A stretch of DNA of 61,013 bases, the filler included, from Sphacelaria rigidula (lineage: Eukaryota), in assembly GCA_964200075.2 (NCBI GenBank). It is 9 parts of 9 records of this genome, joined end to end, with 100 filler letters (N's around TTAATTAATTAA, not from the genome) between each part and the next. Parts side by side here need not be neighbours in the genome. Positions count along the whole stretch, not along the records: positions 1 to 6,691 come from CAXNAA020018597.1; positions 6,792 to 13,482 come from CAXNAA020018598.1; 7 more parts are not named here. One strand, 5' to 3'. Below, one piece after another: positions 1-12,587 of this stretch (position 1 is its first letter; each line of letters starts with the position of its first letter). The position numbers and the translations under genes are program-made. The notes beneath the pieces are model-generated. The model was given only the letters and a program-made list of their open reading frames with translations. It had not been told where the DNA came from and did no database searches.

Positions 1-209
1 TGCTCACACTAAAACCCCCTATCAACTTGGCGCAGTACACGCGCCGCCCTGCTCCTGAGAGCTTCGGCCCTAGTTGGAGTGCAGTGATATGCACAGCCAA
101 TCACAACGCGAGAGGAGGGAAGGATGGCGCAAAGGTGCCGCGGCGCGGTTGAGTTGATGGCGTAGATGTGTGAGCCGCGAAGCGGTTGGATAGCGATTTT
201 ATTCTTCGT

Positions 210-1800
210 CTAGAGATATGCATCACTATCGCATTCACTGCAGGCCACATGTCGGCACCGCATCAAACTATATAGTAAGCTGCTGTATGCATTCCCCGGT
301 TGTCCTTTGTACCGTGCATTCTTCTGAGGCGGTGTCTCGGCAGCGGTGTTGTCGGGCACAAGTGCGGTCGCCGTTTGCGAACGTACACAGGAGAACTGGC
401 TTGCTCTCGATGTGAAGAGCAGAAAAAGACCTGTGGAGATCTTATTGCCTGCTGTGCTGCGACGAGCGCACGCAAACGCGTAGTCTGTACGGTGGAGCAC
501 TGTCTACAGCTTCGGGTCTGATTGGTAGATCTGAGCACAAAGCTGACAGAAAATGAGCATGCTGCAAACTCTGCTCTGGGCTGTCCAGCGCCTCTTGTTT
601 CGACAACGAAATATTGCCGCTGATGATCTCGGGTACAGCAGCATAGATCCAGAGGGCGAGAAACCCTGGGCGAGTTTCGAAACACAACGCAGCATCCCGC
701 GTAAATACAACCACTGCTGTTGAGCACCGCATCAGGATGCAGGTATTCTAGTTGCTCGTGGCAGCATACTCTGTGGCTGTGGCCAAGATTGTACGCGATT
801 ATGGAACCATACGTTCGATAGCCCCTTCATGGATTTCCTACCTGCGCAATTCAACAGTTCGTCTTGTAATTTGTGCTTGTTGCTGGTGCTCAATTCGGCG
901 AGACAGGGTGTTTTCGGTAAGGTGATCTCGGGCAATCGTAGTTGTGACAAGAGAAACGTTGTTGATGATTATGGAGGTGTCCATAATACATTATGGTCAC
1001 CAGTCAATTGCGTCATTGCCGTTCCGAGTGTTTCCCCGTTTCACAAAGAGGTCACGAGAAAATATAGCTACATAAGTTTTGGACGCCATACACGTGAAGA
1101 CAACATCATCCTGTCGTTCATTCGTTGAGGATCCTTGCTTGGCATGAGACCAATGGACCGAGAGATCGTGTGAGGCCGCTTCTTGTTGTGCTACTCGAAA
1201 ACATTTGTTGCTAAAAGCCTATTTTGGCAATTCAGTGCCAATTTTCGCGGGGAAAAGGTGCTTTGCGGCTTGTGCCACGGCAGAAAGACGCGCCGTTGTA
1301 CTGGATGGGAGGACTCCATGTGGCGCACATCTTCAATCTTTCGTGGGCCCAAGTTGACTTTTGGCCGGACAAATGGTTTCTCACCCAACCCCAAAAACAA
1401 CACCACCATGTATCCTCGACATCATCGGTGCTTTCTCGGAGACCCCCCAAGGTGTTTGTAAGTTGTTTGAGATACAGTATACTGTCCCACTGAAAGCCGA
1501 AGTGAACGTACCAAACGGTCGGGAAGGGCGCTGAATAACTTCTGTATCCTTGCAGACTATTCAGGGCATCTTTGACTTTTCCGGTGGTCGAAGTACGTTT
1601 ATTGCCAGGCCTGCCATTCCTTCGACGAACGATCAAAGTCCAGATTTTTTTCGTTTGGTGCGGTTCATCCCAAATGGCATGTTTTGAGAATCGGGAGTAT
1701 GACCACCCTTTGATGAAGGCTTGCGTTGCTGGAAAGGCCCACGTCAAGCAGCTACTGATGTTTGTGAAAGCTTCAAGCCTTTCAACTGCGGATCGATGAT
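210..1800 (-). pseudogene. Highly decayed ORF remnants, possibly a transposon-borne Ulp1/C48 protease plus C-terminal Cys-rich (PHD-like) finger
   Basis: Frame-shifted pieces in plausible order: NERQDDVVFTCMASKTYVAIFSRDLFVK, IIAYNLGHSHRVCC, GAGQPRAEFAACSFSVSF, VACSECD; many stops and frameshifts. Confidence 0.25.
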
Positions 1801-4800
1801 GAGTCACAGCAAAGAAATAAACGACATGTACAAAGCGTAAAGTGAGGACGGAAAACATCAGCGCATACACGAGCGGTTTGGGTCCCACGGCGTGCCTGTG
1901 CAGCCTAATGGCACACACGGCGAACGCAGCCCGCGCCAAAATGCGTCCTCCTGACTAATGAGGAGGCCTTCCTGGAAGGGCCGCTGGTGACGAACAAAAT
2001 ACGCTATTCGCTTCATTTCCTTCCCTAATCAGACCTTACATGCTCCAGAAAGGCGTGCAGCAACCACGCCAAACATTGTGCAGAAATAAGTTGCTACCTC
2101 GTCAGCCGTCCTGTGTGCGTATCCAGCATGCGACAATGAATCCGAACGTAGAATGCCGGGATGACGCAAATGATCATGAATGAAATATTCCAATGTATTA
2201 CCACAACACTAACTGTGAAAAAGAGGCGAATCCGGTCGCAGAAGATCAAGGGTACCTAGTGACGACCCCAAACATGAAAGCTGTACAGGCCAAATCACGC
2301 GCATCACCCAAAAAACTCTCATCGGCAAAAATTGATGCAGTTTTGAGGAGTCAGCCCCTGAAATTTTGTACAAATATGCTACGGGTCATGACGCAACTTT
2401 TGAAGGCCGAGGTTTTGTTACTCTTTTAATTTTTTCACCGTCTTTCGGGGGTCTGAGTTTTTGGGGGAAACTTCGATCCAGTCGGACCGCCGTGAATCGG
2501 TGAGTAGAAAGAAACCCTCGTTCATCCCAAGTTACGTAATGATTCAGCACATATGTGTAATTTTTCAGAATCTAGGTCCTGAAAACGTCGCGAAGTTTTT
2601 CGCGTTTATGCGATGAGTGTTTTCGTGCCACGGCGAAACCGCAAACTACTCAATTTTGGTATCAAAATTGTGGCTTTTGGCCTTCTTTGACGTGAACATG
2701 AAAGTTCAAGCATCAGTTGGTCGAGCTTGGCCACGAAGCTTTGCAGCGCGCTTCCCTGGGTTATGCAGCGACAGCTCGTTTGCGAAAAAATGAAGAAAAT
2801 ATATCGCAGTGCCGGTTTCCCGGGATCCCAGAATGAAGATTACTTCAAAAAAAATACTTGGGCCCCGTCGGACCCCTGGAAAACGGTGAAGAAGTCGAGA
2901 AGTAAAACAATTTCGTCCATGGAAACTTGCGTAATGACCCGTAGCACATTTGTGCGAAGTTTCAGGGTCCAACTCGTAATAACTGTGTGAAGGTTTGCAT
3001 GTTTGTGCGAGGATGTGAGCTTGAAACATGCAATCTCTCAACCACCTAGTTCTAATATTAAAACGTTTTTCTGGGGTGAATTGACGTCAAGGCAAGAAAA
3101 CTGTATGATGTTTCCGAGAGTCTCGACCAAGCTTTGCAGATGTGTGCCTTGGATTACAGTATTTCCGGACGCATCATATCATTCTTTTGCCTCTGAAGCA
3201 TTCTGTACCGCCTTCCGGGGATCTTCATACTGGGACCCCCAGAAGGCGGTAGAGAACAGAGAAACTTCGAAACCTTGTCAAAAGTGCAACTTTCCCATTT
3301 GGAGCATCACTACTTACGGAACTGTCAACTTTGAGAGTGATCTGAGCTTTCTACAATAGGTGTAAGGAAAAGCGTCACGAGGCTCCTGGACCTTTCGTGC
3401 GGATCATTAGTGGAAATTCGACGATGCCAACACTCCACATCACCGAAACATTACGGTTTGGGGTATAATTCGACCTCGTTGTAACCGTTTTCTCATATAT
3501 TTTTTTCGATGAACTCTTGAGCTGATGGCAGTTACTGCGATTTGAAGCATGTCGAGATTCGGTGAAAATTGGGCTTGGAATTCATGTTTTCAATATCAGA
3601 CAGTTTGAAGGGCGCTGCTTGTTCGAAGTACCTTTTCACCCTCAGCGCTACCCGTATGATCTCAAACACTGAACTGGCTATGTCACGGTATTCAGCTGTC
3701 GATGGTGGCCAGTATGATGTCATGTACGCGACTTTTGCGTGGGTATTACGAAAGGCATTTGCTGATGACACAATTTTGAGTACCATGTAGTATTCGGGAA
3801 CTAAAGAGCAACGCTACGGTAGGGTTTGCACTTTTTTAGCGAAAACGTTTCTCGGGTTTGCTCGGGATGTTGGACGGATCATTTTGAGAATCGGGATCAT
3901 TTTCATTTGAAAAGGATTGAACAAGATGCCGGTTCACGAAAAGGCCCCTGCGTGCAAACACCATGTTTTTAGAAGTTCGGTCCCCGGACATTTGAGTTAG
4001 ACAGTAAGCCCCATATTTTTGGACTCCGACAAACAAGACCCAGAAACAAAAAGTGCAACCCCTACCGTAGCATTGCTCCAAAGTATATCGAAATCGGTAG
4101 AGACAAGAAGCGAACTGGACCCCCTCCAAGGCGGGCAGAGGCTATTGTGCTACAGCTCTCGATCAGAAGCCCGATCACTTCCGCGGCTACCACCTCTCGC
4201 AAGTCGGGAATTTTCCTCGCGCGCTTGTTCTTGTATTTGCCTTACAATGGCATTTTCTTTGCTCAGATCGGCTGTCAGATGCACAAAAAAAAAACTGAGG
4301 GGAAAATTTGAGGCCTCCCCATGGTTCTGGAACGATCTTAGCGGAGAACGCCCTACTTCGTTTTCGAGATAGTGCTTTTTCACCGGGTTCTTCCGCCCTT
4401 TCAGACCAACTTTTATGAGAGCTGTTCAGAACAGTGTTGTTCCTTTTCCATTGTCTGGAGGATTTGGTGCCAGTGACATACGAGCTGGCATCGATCGACC
4501 TAAACATAATTTTTTAATGATTTAACGGCATCTTACTGAGACGTGAAACGTGATTATGGCCTCTAACTCGTGAAAAAACATGGGTCGATCAACAACTTTT
4601 CATCATACCCTATTCATTGTCCATATCAATTTTCAGGGATCAACTCCAAATATTGAAGGGAAAACAAGCCGTTTAGCGACCGGGCCGGTTGGAATTCGGG
4701 ACAGCATTTTGCAGGCCACTCGCCGGCCCACGTTCGGTGTCTGTGCATTGAAATTTTGTGTCGGGCCTCGCTGGGGCATGATGAACCAAAGTAAGTGGGT

Positions 4801-5083
4801 CAGTTCGGTGTTGATTGATATATTTCACTGGTTTAGGGCGTATGAGACGCAAAAGCAATGTTCATGTCTCCTCACAATTCCCCTAAAAAACGAAAAGAAA
4901 TGAAAATGGACGAAAAAATCAAGGATATACACACTACACGTTCATGTTCACGTTACGTTCATCACGTTTTTGAAAATTAACGTTCACGTTTCGTTTCGTT
5001 TGGCACGCGAAATTTTTTTAACGTTGCGTTAACATTTTAGCGAAAATTTTACATCACGTTCACGTTACGTTTTGTTGAATGTG

Positions 5084-6453
5084 ACGTAATATGAAACGTT
5101 TCATGAAACGTGTAACATCTACTATTACGTTTCGTTGACACGTGTGACGGTCGAAGGTAAAGTTGTTTCTTGTGCATGTCGCGGCTCATTCACCAGTGTT
5201 TACGACGTTGTAACGTGTCGTTTAACGCGTGACGCTACCGTGTAAGTGACGTCGACAGTGACTCGTCGTATGTCTGAGAGTAGGCGCATTATGCGATTGT
5301 GTATCGTTACTTTTCCTACAGTGTATCGTTCATTCGTTTTTTACCGTATTATGTTAATATCTACTCTTATCGTTTCATCTTTTTGGTTTCAATTTTCCAT
5401 TTTTGAATGCTTGGTCATTCGCTCAACAGCACATAATGTACACACAACAGATCGTGAACATGATTGAACGCCGGCTTGAGTCGGCCCGGCATTTCGCAGA
5501 CAAAACTATATCGAGTACCCTTGGCTCCATATATCTTAACATGTACATAAGTAAGATAGTTCATCACGGCCGTCAAAGGCAGACGTACATGTGTATGTAT
5601 GCATGTATGTATGACAGATTTACACCGCGGTCCAGGCAATCCACCCACACCTTTTATTATGACCGATCTTGCGTCGTTTTTTTTTCCAATTTGGGAGCTC
5701 ACGTTTTTCAAAATCTGAGGCGGTTACGGGTGTTTGTAAACAAAGTAGAACCTGCACGTGTACCATGGTGCACGCAGAAGTCATATTCTCTGCACTAGCA
5801 TGCATTACCACGTACGTGCATCTACATGTAGCCTTGAACCTTACAGTCAACGCGGTTTAGAACTAGAGATATTACCGACATCAGCGCTGCCAAATGCGAA
5901 CCTGCTTCCCGTCGTCGCGAGCAAATGATCGTCTACCTTATACTTTATTATTGTCTGTGCAATGTACAGGGTGTTTGTATCCGTATACTACTACTGCCTG
6001 TTGTATTTGCAAAGTACAAAAACCACCTCGTACTGTGTTTGCAAATACAGCGTATACTTGTAATCTTGCACTGCAATACTGTGTTCGCGAGTACAGCTGC
6101 GTTCGCGAGTACAGCCTTTACTTGTAACCTTGCACTACTGTGCTTGCAGAGTACAGCCTGTGGTCGGAAAAACAGTAGTACCACGTTACAAGTGCAGCCC
6201 GCACTTGTACTATGTTTACTACGTACAGCCTGTGCTTGTAACCTCGTACTGTCAGCGAAATACACGGTCTGTACTTGTACCGTTGTATAATGGTTACTTC
6301 GTCTTCGAGGATTTCAGAAATCATTGCAGACTTGAAGTGTGCACCGCTTCATGTAATGTGTTCATGACGTCTCATGCACGTGAAACGTTTCATGCACGGG
6401 TAACGTGTAATACAGTAGTCCTTACACGTTCCATGAAATGTTTCATATTACGT
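5084..6453. mobile_element. Non-autonomous TIR element (~1.37 kb) with ACGT-rich subterminal motifs
   Basis: 5084-5114 acgtaatatgaaacgtttcatgaaacgtgta is the near-perfect reverse complement of 6423-6453 tacacgttccatgaaatgtttcatattacgt. Confidence 0.65.
5640..6290. mobile_element. Partial copy of the 55208-56494 TIR family nested inside the 5084-6453 element, with degenerate short tandem motifs
   Basis: ttttattatgaccgatcttgcgtcgtttttttt...gggagctcacg matches the 55250-55300 TIR; cgcgagtacagcc...cttgtaacct matches the reverse complement of 56101-56135. Confidence 0.6.
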
Positions 6454-6691
6454 GTGTTGAACGTTTGGGGATTTAACAGGGCTGGGAACTGGCTGCTCTG
6501 ACCAGTTAAGTTTAAGTTTGAACTGGCCGCTGGCGCGGCCAGTCCATCAAGCCGATCAACTAGACTAACATCTGCGGCGAGCGGCGAAGCCGCGAGCCGC
6601 AAACTGCCCCCCCCCCCCCCCCCCCCCCCCCGCGGCCCGCCCGCGGGCCGCCCCCCGGGGCGGCGACGGCGAGCCGTAGGCGGGTGGTGTT

Positions 6692-6791
6692 NNNNNNNNN
6701 NNNNNNNNNNNNNNNNNNNNNNNNNNNNNNNNNNNTTAATTAATTAANNNNNNNNNNNNNNNNNNNNNNNNNNNNNNNNNNNNNNNNNNNN
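6692..6791. other. Artificial contig spacer N44-TTAATTAATTAA-N44; identical spacers at 13483-13582, 20274-20373, 27064-27163, 33854-33953, 40644-40743, 47434-47533, 54224-54323
   Basis: Eight identical 100-bp blocks with stops in all six frames, spaced 6790-6791 bp apart, consistent with size-sorted contigs concatenated. Confidence 0.98.
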
Positions 6792-6862
6792 GTACGATTC
6801 GAATCAATTACACTAAAACCAAGTAATTTTTCAGACGAATCATTGATTTGTCCGACCCTTGG
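6792..6862 (-). repeat. Dispersed repeat shared with 14003-14071
   Basis: Reverse complement caagggtcggacaaatcaatgattcgtctgaaaa...attgattcgaatcgtac aligns with 14003-14071. Confidence 0.7.
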
Positions 6863-7142
6863 ACGATTTACAAAGTCCCGTATGCGAGCTTTCGTCACCG
6901 GCAAAACGTCACTTCGAGGTCGGTGCGCGAATCTGCCACATTAGTACACTTGAACTGAGAGTGGTGCACCGTTTGATGGGGTGCATCATCACCACTTGCA
7001 GGAAAAACAAACATATCTTGCCCAAGAAAACATCAGTTGTAAATCGTCACTTTTCCATCAACGGCTTCAAAAGGCTTAGCGGAAGAGTGAGCCGCTATGA
7101 ATTTTGCTGCGGTCAACATTAGACAGACGTACTTGAGGTGTA

Positions 7143-7880
7143 GGAGGGGGGAGGCGTACCCTCATTTGTTGCTTGCCTGAGTCGTTTGACCGTCGGCCAT
7201 GCATCCCTTTCGAGACGGAGAGGTGTACGAGAGGAGCAACCAGCGGTAGTAAAGGAACAGCTGATCACAACTGGAGCGGACTTCGTTGGGAGTAAGGATG
7301 ACTGAAATACCCAACACGTTTTTTAGGAAACAAGAGCTATTCCATTGCTTGTTTTCGAGCGACCGTACGATATGGGGAGTGTGCTCATAATCTTGTACGA
7401 GTACGATGCGGCGACCGGGATGGGGTGTACTCATGATATTGGATGTCGTAGTCATGGCACCATTGACCTTGCATCCCTACAAAGCCGGGACGGAGCAGTG
7501 TCCACCGGACCAGGCTCGCAATCGATCACCAAGCGCGAAGCGCCGTGTGTGTTTTCGGCGAGTGGCATGAAGGGTGATCTACATCCCGCAAAGATTGTTC
7601 GACCCGAAGCGTGCTAGTTGTCTTGCATGCGGATGACAGCCTCCAATAAGTTGCTTGATTTGCTGTTATCGCCACTTCCACACACATCCAGGAGCTACAC
7701 ACTACCTCATAGGTGTCTCACCATATACACTCCACGGAGTAAGGTCATTTCGTTTGCGCGGACTTCGGAATCTCCATCACTCACTCACGATATGATCTAG
7801 CTCGACCACAATCATGGTTACCGCAAAAAAGAACGCGAGGGAGAAAACAAACGGTAGTCTGGTTGCCTAGCTTATCACGT
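7143..7880 (-). mobile_element. Abundant dispersed repeat family ending in a poly(C) tract; related pieces at 20395-20482, 29608-30125, 44309-44400, 47534-47598
   Basis: Shared motif ggtcaaacgactaaggcaagcaacaaatgagtacgcccccc in four contigs; 7476-7880 aligns with 29608-30030 (aagccgggacggagca...ggaccaggctcgca...atgatctagctcgaccac). Confidence 0.75.
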
Positions 7881-9307
7881 GCGCAGTGAGTGGCATCTGG
7901 ACCGGACGTCTTGCGCAGTCACGAGCTCAACTACTCGAGACAAGGCATTCGGAAATCAAGGATAAATATATATAACGTAGCTCAGGAAAAATCGAAACCG
8001 ACGGCAAGAATCGCCTTAATCTTTGCGCATTATTACCTTCCGACTTCAGTACAGGGCATTCGATGCGGACGTCTTTTGTGACCTCGAGCTCAATTACCCA
8101 AAATAAGGTGTAAAAATGTCGAAGACCAGAATAAATTGCGTAGTGTGTGAGGAAGGCGTATCGCTAGGGTAGACAGAGACCTACGGGGGAGACCGTCGTT
8201 GGAGGTGTCGTCGTGATGTCGAAGAAGCTCCGAGGCTGGCGATGATTCCCTCGCGTGATATGTAGGCAAGAAGTGGGCCAGACATGAGTGTGATCACAGT
8301 TGAGTGATCCGTGCCTGGGGGGATGTTGGGCCGTCCTGATATCAGGTTCTCCCTGACATCACCCCGAGTTGTCTGATATCGTTGACATTACAGGGTCCTC
8401 GGTAATCTGGTCCATCCGGACCGTTCCTACCTTGTCCCTGCATGCGCTGGTTCTTGATACATGAATGTGTGGCATCAATCTTGGATGTGTCACTGCAAAG
8501 AGGTGTCCTCCACAGTAAATATCTCAAACTCGGCTCCCGGTCTCCTGGTTTATTCGCTGGCTCTGAGTTGTGTACTATTTTTTCGAGTGAAAGTGATGGC
8601 GATTCATCGGAGGACCTGACCTGGCGTTGAAAGGGTCTCATCATCTGATGAATCGCTATCACTTCCACTTGAAAAAATAGAATAGAACAGACCAGGATAC
8701 CGGGAGCCGAGTTCGAGATACCTCTCGTAGGACTCAGATAAACAAATTTACACAGGCGCGATACAATAGAGAAGGAGGAGGTTATCAGAACCCCGGGAGA
8801 TTTTGAGCCGTAGGCGACCATTCGGACTGGGGAAATGAAGTCCATCGCTTCCACTCGGCTTGCGACGGCAAGAACCAAAAATTTACCCCAAATCAAAAAC
8901 CAACAATCGCCGATCATTACAACATATAGTGCATGGGTCTTTATCCACTCCTACTCCTCCAACCTGACCGGTGTGTATCATGTATTTAGTAGACAAGGTA
9001 AATGAATGGAAAACTCGGTAAGGAACACTCGAGAGTGAGTAACTGTGTGTGAATTCGTTTTGTGTGTGTGTGTGTTTTTTTTTTCCGTCCAATCGTGTGG
9101 GTGGTATCCAGCAAGTCGTCATCATGGTTTTCCAGTTTCATTCAGTGCATGGTGTCTGTCTTCCTCCAATCAGAGTTCATCCGCGAAGATTATTATTCTA
9201 TTTCGTGATTTTCTTTGATTACGTTCTTTTTGTTTTTTCCAACCTGACACGCAGGACTAGTAGGTGCCCGTGTCGGATAATTCATCCGTGAGCGTCTATT
9301 AGCATCA

Positions 9308-9574
9308 GAGATCGGATCCGAGTGACGTTGCCACAGTAATCTTCAGGTTCACCTATATCTCATCCCATTTCAGCTCTCAGCGGATATTGTGCCTCGCTGG
9401 GTGTGGTGGAGTACCGGTCTTTCTCCCGATGATATTCGCTGTTCCAAGAAATATTCGCCTGTGCAAAAAAATATCCCATTTCAGCTCTCAGCCGATATTG
9501 TACCTCCCTGGGTGTGTTAGAGATCGGATCCAAGTGACGTTGCCACAGTAATCTTAAGGTTCACCTATATCTCA
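9308..9574 (+). repeat. Permuted local duplication A-B...B'-A'
   Basis: A=gagatcggatcc...cacctatatctca (9308-9362, 9520-9574); B=tcccatttcagctctcag...ctgggtgtg (9363-9405, 9475-9517). Confidence 0.85.
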
Positions 9575-10110
9575 CCAGATGGGCGGCATATCTGCCTGGG
9601 GCGATGCTCGGGCCGAGTCTTCATCGATTCCAAAAAAGAGAAGGGGGAGAAAAGAAACAAACTTCCAAAATAAGCATGTTGATTGATCGCCGCGACCATG
9701 GACCCACCCGGCGGTCCATCCACGCGCTGCTTTTAGGGTATGTTTTTTTCTTCCCCGCTTGTGTTTTTTGTCTCAATGAGAAGACACGGCCTTATTTACG
9801 GTTTTTCGGAGTTGTGACGTTTGACCGCGGGTCTGGAGAAGAGGCAGCTGTGACGGCAATTACGTGCGTTCAATGGCCGCACCATGAGTCCCGACTCTAA
9901 CGCCTTACATTACCGACTCTGTTTTTGCGGAGATGTCAGAAATGTTTCCGACTTTTCGGATTCCCCTGCGTTTAGACTTCTCCGGAAACTAAGCGGTAAT
10001 TATTTAGTTTCTTCTCTCCGAAGCTTTTTTTGTTTCGGAAAAAGCCGGAAAAATTCCATTACACTCGTGACGTGTCACGTCGTGTCCCTTTTACGACAAA
10101 AGTCGTCAAG

Positions 10111-10258
10111 AGTCGTCAAAAGTTGAGCCAGGCTAGTACTACGGTGGGGGACGGGGGCCACGTGGAGAGTCCTGTTCACAATTCAAGTCAAACCAGTCCT
10201 CCCCACGTGGTCTCCGTCCCCCACCATAGTACTAGCCAGGCTTAACTTCTGATGACTT
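10111..10258. mobile_element. Foldback/MITE with ~55-bp inverted arms
   Basis: aagttgagccaggctagtactacggtgggggacgggggccacgtgg pairs with ccacgtggtctccgtcccccaccatagtactagccaggcttaactt. Confidence 0.8.
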
Positions 10259-10945
10259 TTCACGTGATACGTGAACGTAATGTGTGTAACGTGCAGACCC
10301 TCGGAAAGTTCGGACTGCGACACAGCACTTCGGAGCAGTTGCCATGTGTGTACGCGGGGGCACTCGCAATCATTCGAGAATCATTACGTATCTTGCCAAT
10401 CCCGAAAAGATCGGAGATCTCGGAAAAAAATGGCGTCAATCATTATCGGGCCTACGTTTAGGGTTAGGCCCTAAACCTGTTCGTCCTTTTCTGTTTTTCT
10501 CAGCCGGTAATGTTTTATACCCCGGGCAACAGACAACAACAAAAGAGAGAAATGCAAGGTTGTATTCTCTGAAGGGTATACACGCTGATATTTGGGTAAT
10601 TTTTCAAATGTACGAAAAAGGTATTTTATCGGCAAGTACTCAAGCTGTTGCTTCTCTGTCTTTCTCTGTTTTTTTCGTCTTTTTTATTCTGCTTTTTTCA
10701 TTGCTGTTCCTGGCCACGGGCTGGATTGTGGCAGTCAGCCAATGTGAGATAATCGATCAATCAAATCAATAATTTTTCTGATTCATGACCGAGTGTTCGG
10801 GACAGGGCTCGATCCTCCGCCGAACCATACCGGAATATTCGGTACACTTTTCGGTATAGCTTATAATAGTGTGTATGCCAACGAAAAATCCCCCTCTTCC
10901 GGTTATACGCTACATATTTTTATAGTCATTCATTTGTTCATTTGT

Positions 10946-11020
10946 CGCACTTTGAACACCTCCCCTTCCTCGGGACGAGTCCGTGGTATCAAGGGATCAA
11001 TCCATCTCTGCCCGGTACCT
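10946..11020 (-). mobile_element. 3' fragment of tRNA-derived SINE family A
   Basis: Nearly identical to 11390-11463 (cttcctcgggacgagtccgtggt.tcaagggatcaatccatctct). Confidence 0.75.
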
Positions 11021-11185
11021 TTGTGAACAGAACACAACCTTGCATCCATTGTCTGTTGCTTCAATAGACAAAATAGATTCTTGACTCTACGCACTACACG
11101 TTATTCTACGATAGAGAAGTAGATTCCATCATTTACGCAGTACGGTCTTTCTCTGCTGTTGCTTGTTGTCCTGGGTGCGTAATAC

Positions 11186-11217
<32 letters not shown>

Positions 11218-11241
11218 ATTATCATTATTATTTTCCATTAA

Positions 11242-11384
11242 CCCTTTGGGAACGCAAGTGCTGATTCTTGTTTTGTGAATCTTTGTGAATCGGCATCATT
11301 TTGACTTNNNNNNNNNNGACTGAAAATGATGCCGATTCACCAAAACAAAAATCAGCACTCCCTGGGGGTCTAGTTCCCAAAGGG
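11242..11384. mobile_element. piggyBac-type MITE (contains a 10-N gap)
   Basis: TTAA|CCCTTTGGGAAC ... GTTCCCAAAGGG|TTAA: TTAA target duplication, CCC/GGG ends, internal inverted repeat gtgaatcggcatcatttt / aaaatgatgccgattcac. Confidence 0.82.
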
Positions 11385-11389
11385 TTAAT

Positions 11390-11690
11390 CGCACTTTGAA
11401 GCCCTTCCCTTCCTCGGGACGAGTCCGTGGTCTCAAGGGATCAATCCATCTCTCCCGCGGTACACGCCTTGCATTATGTTGTCTCGCGGATTGGATCATG
11501 ACCAACCCTCCCGCACCGCGTCAAGTCACGTCAAACAGTCGACTAATTTCTTTACTCACGTTCTCACGCTTTCCACAGTGGAAAAATCACATTCTACGAA
11601 GCAAAAACCCAGCGCATCGGGAACCGAACCCTTGTTCTCTCCCCCCTACTGGCGACAGTCGGACCATTTTAATTCACACCATCGGCGCGC
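11390..11690 (-). mobile_element. tRNA-derived SINE family A, near full length
   Basis: Reverse complement of 24114-24405 over ~300 bp; degenerate B box GGTTCGGTTCC. Confidence 0.75.
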
Positions 11691-11919
11691 TGGTAATGTT
11701 CTCTTGTTACCTTGCGTCATTGGTTGCCGCATGTGCCACCACGGATTTGACTGTGATAACAAGAGAGAGGTCCTCAAGAAGATGGAAGCATGGGAGCGGA
11801 AGCAGGCGCTGATCGAACGTGGAAAATGAACGAAAAATTAGAATCCCGCACGTCCGACAAACTAAACTTATGTAACTCATCATCGTAAAACTCAGCTGCT
11901 GAAAATGGGTTGTACGGAA

Positions 11920-12335
11920 TAACTCAGCGGGTAGGATTTCTGCTGGCTGAGTTATACGGTATACGTCAGCGGTAGGCTTTCACTTTCTATTCTAGCACGG
12001 GTTCTGAAAGAATCGTTTATCTTGAAAATGATGATTGGTCACATGCACACAGAACCCGTGCTGGCGTAATAATTAGAAGCCTAGTCAGCGGTACGATTTC
12101 TCAATGGTTAATTTACACGGTTATCACTCAGTTGTACCTATTTTGCACTGGCTGAGTTGTACGGTATAATTCAGTGGTACCATTTTGCACTGGCTGAGTT
12201 ATACTGTATTGCTCAGCGGCACCATTTCCCAGCGGTTGAGTTTCACGGTATGACTCTCAGCGGTACCTGTATCCACTTGCTTATTTATACGGCATAGCTC
12301 AGCGGTGCCGATTTCCAGCTGCTGAGTTATAGTGC
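11920..12335. repeat. Degenerate 42-bp minisatellite with internal CTCAGC...GCTGAG inverted motif; one further unit after an insertion at ~12595
   Basis: ttttgcactggctgag at 12141 and 12183 (period 42); about 8 diverged units. Confidence 0.75.
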
Positions 12336-12517
12336 TTTTTTTTTAGATGGGCTATTTCTTCTTTTCTCTGCTGTCGTGGACTAATTCTCCCTCTTTTTTT
12401 TTCACGTCTCATTTCAACCATGTCGTTCTGTTAAACTTTTCCTGTTCCTTCTTTTTCTCCAGCGAGTGAGTGTTTCATTTTTGTTTTGTGTACGGCACTT
12501 ATATTGTGTGGAGAATG

Positions 12518-12587
12518 ACTACGACTGGATCATGACTCCTGGGGGTCAGTTAAAATGCGATAATCAACCAATCAATCAATCGATCAA
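12518..12587 (+). mobile_element. 3' end of a non-LTR retroelement/SINE with (ATCA)n tail; related tails at 10706-10770, 43838-43895, 46800-46858 and 51535-51585 (minus)
   Basis: Shared ...ggctggat...gggggtcagttaaa.t.cga.aatcaatcaatc terminus, often preceded by T-rich sequence. Confidence 0.7.

Noticed and set aside
2400..4900. Several short ORFs of 70-120 aa
   Set aside because: No motif, splice pattern or codon bias that I can support
6569..6600. Helitron 3' hairpin (gcggcgaagccgc)
   Set aside because: No CTRR terminus visible before the low-quality poly(C) contig end
6736..6747. Periodic TTAATTAATTAA motif
   Set aside because: Artificial six-frame stop linker inside N spacers
8342..8917. 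191-aa ORF as a retrotransposon gene (also 42949-43416, 35140-35403)
   Set aside because: No RT, RNase H, integrase or gag motif recognised
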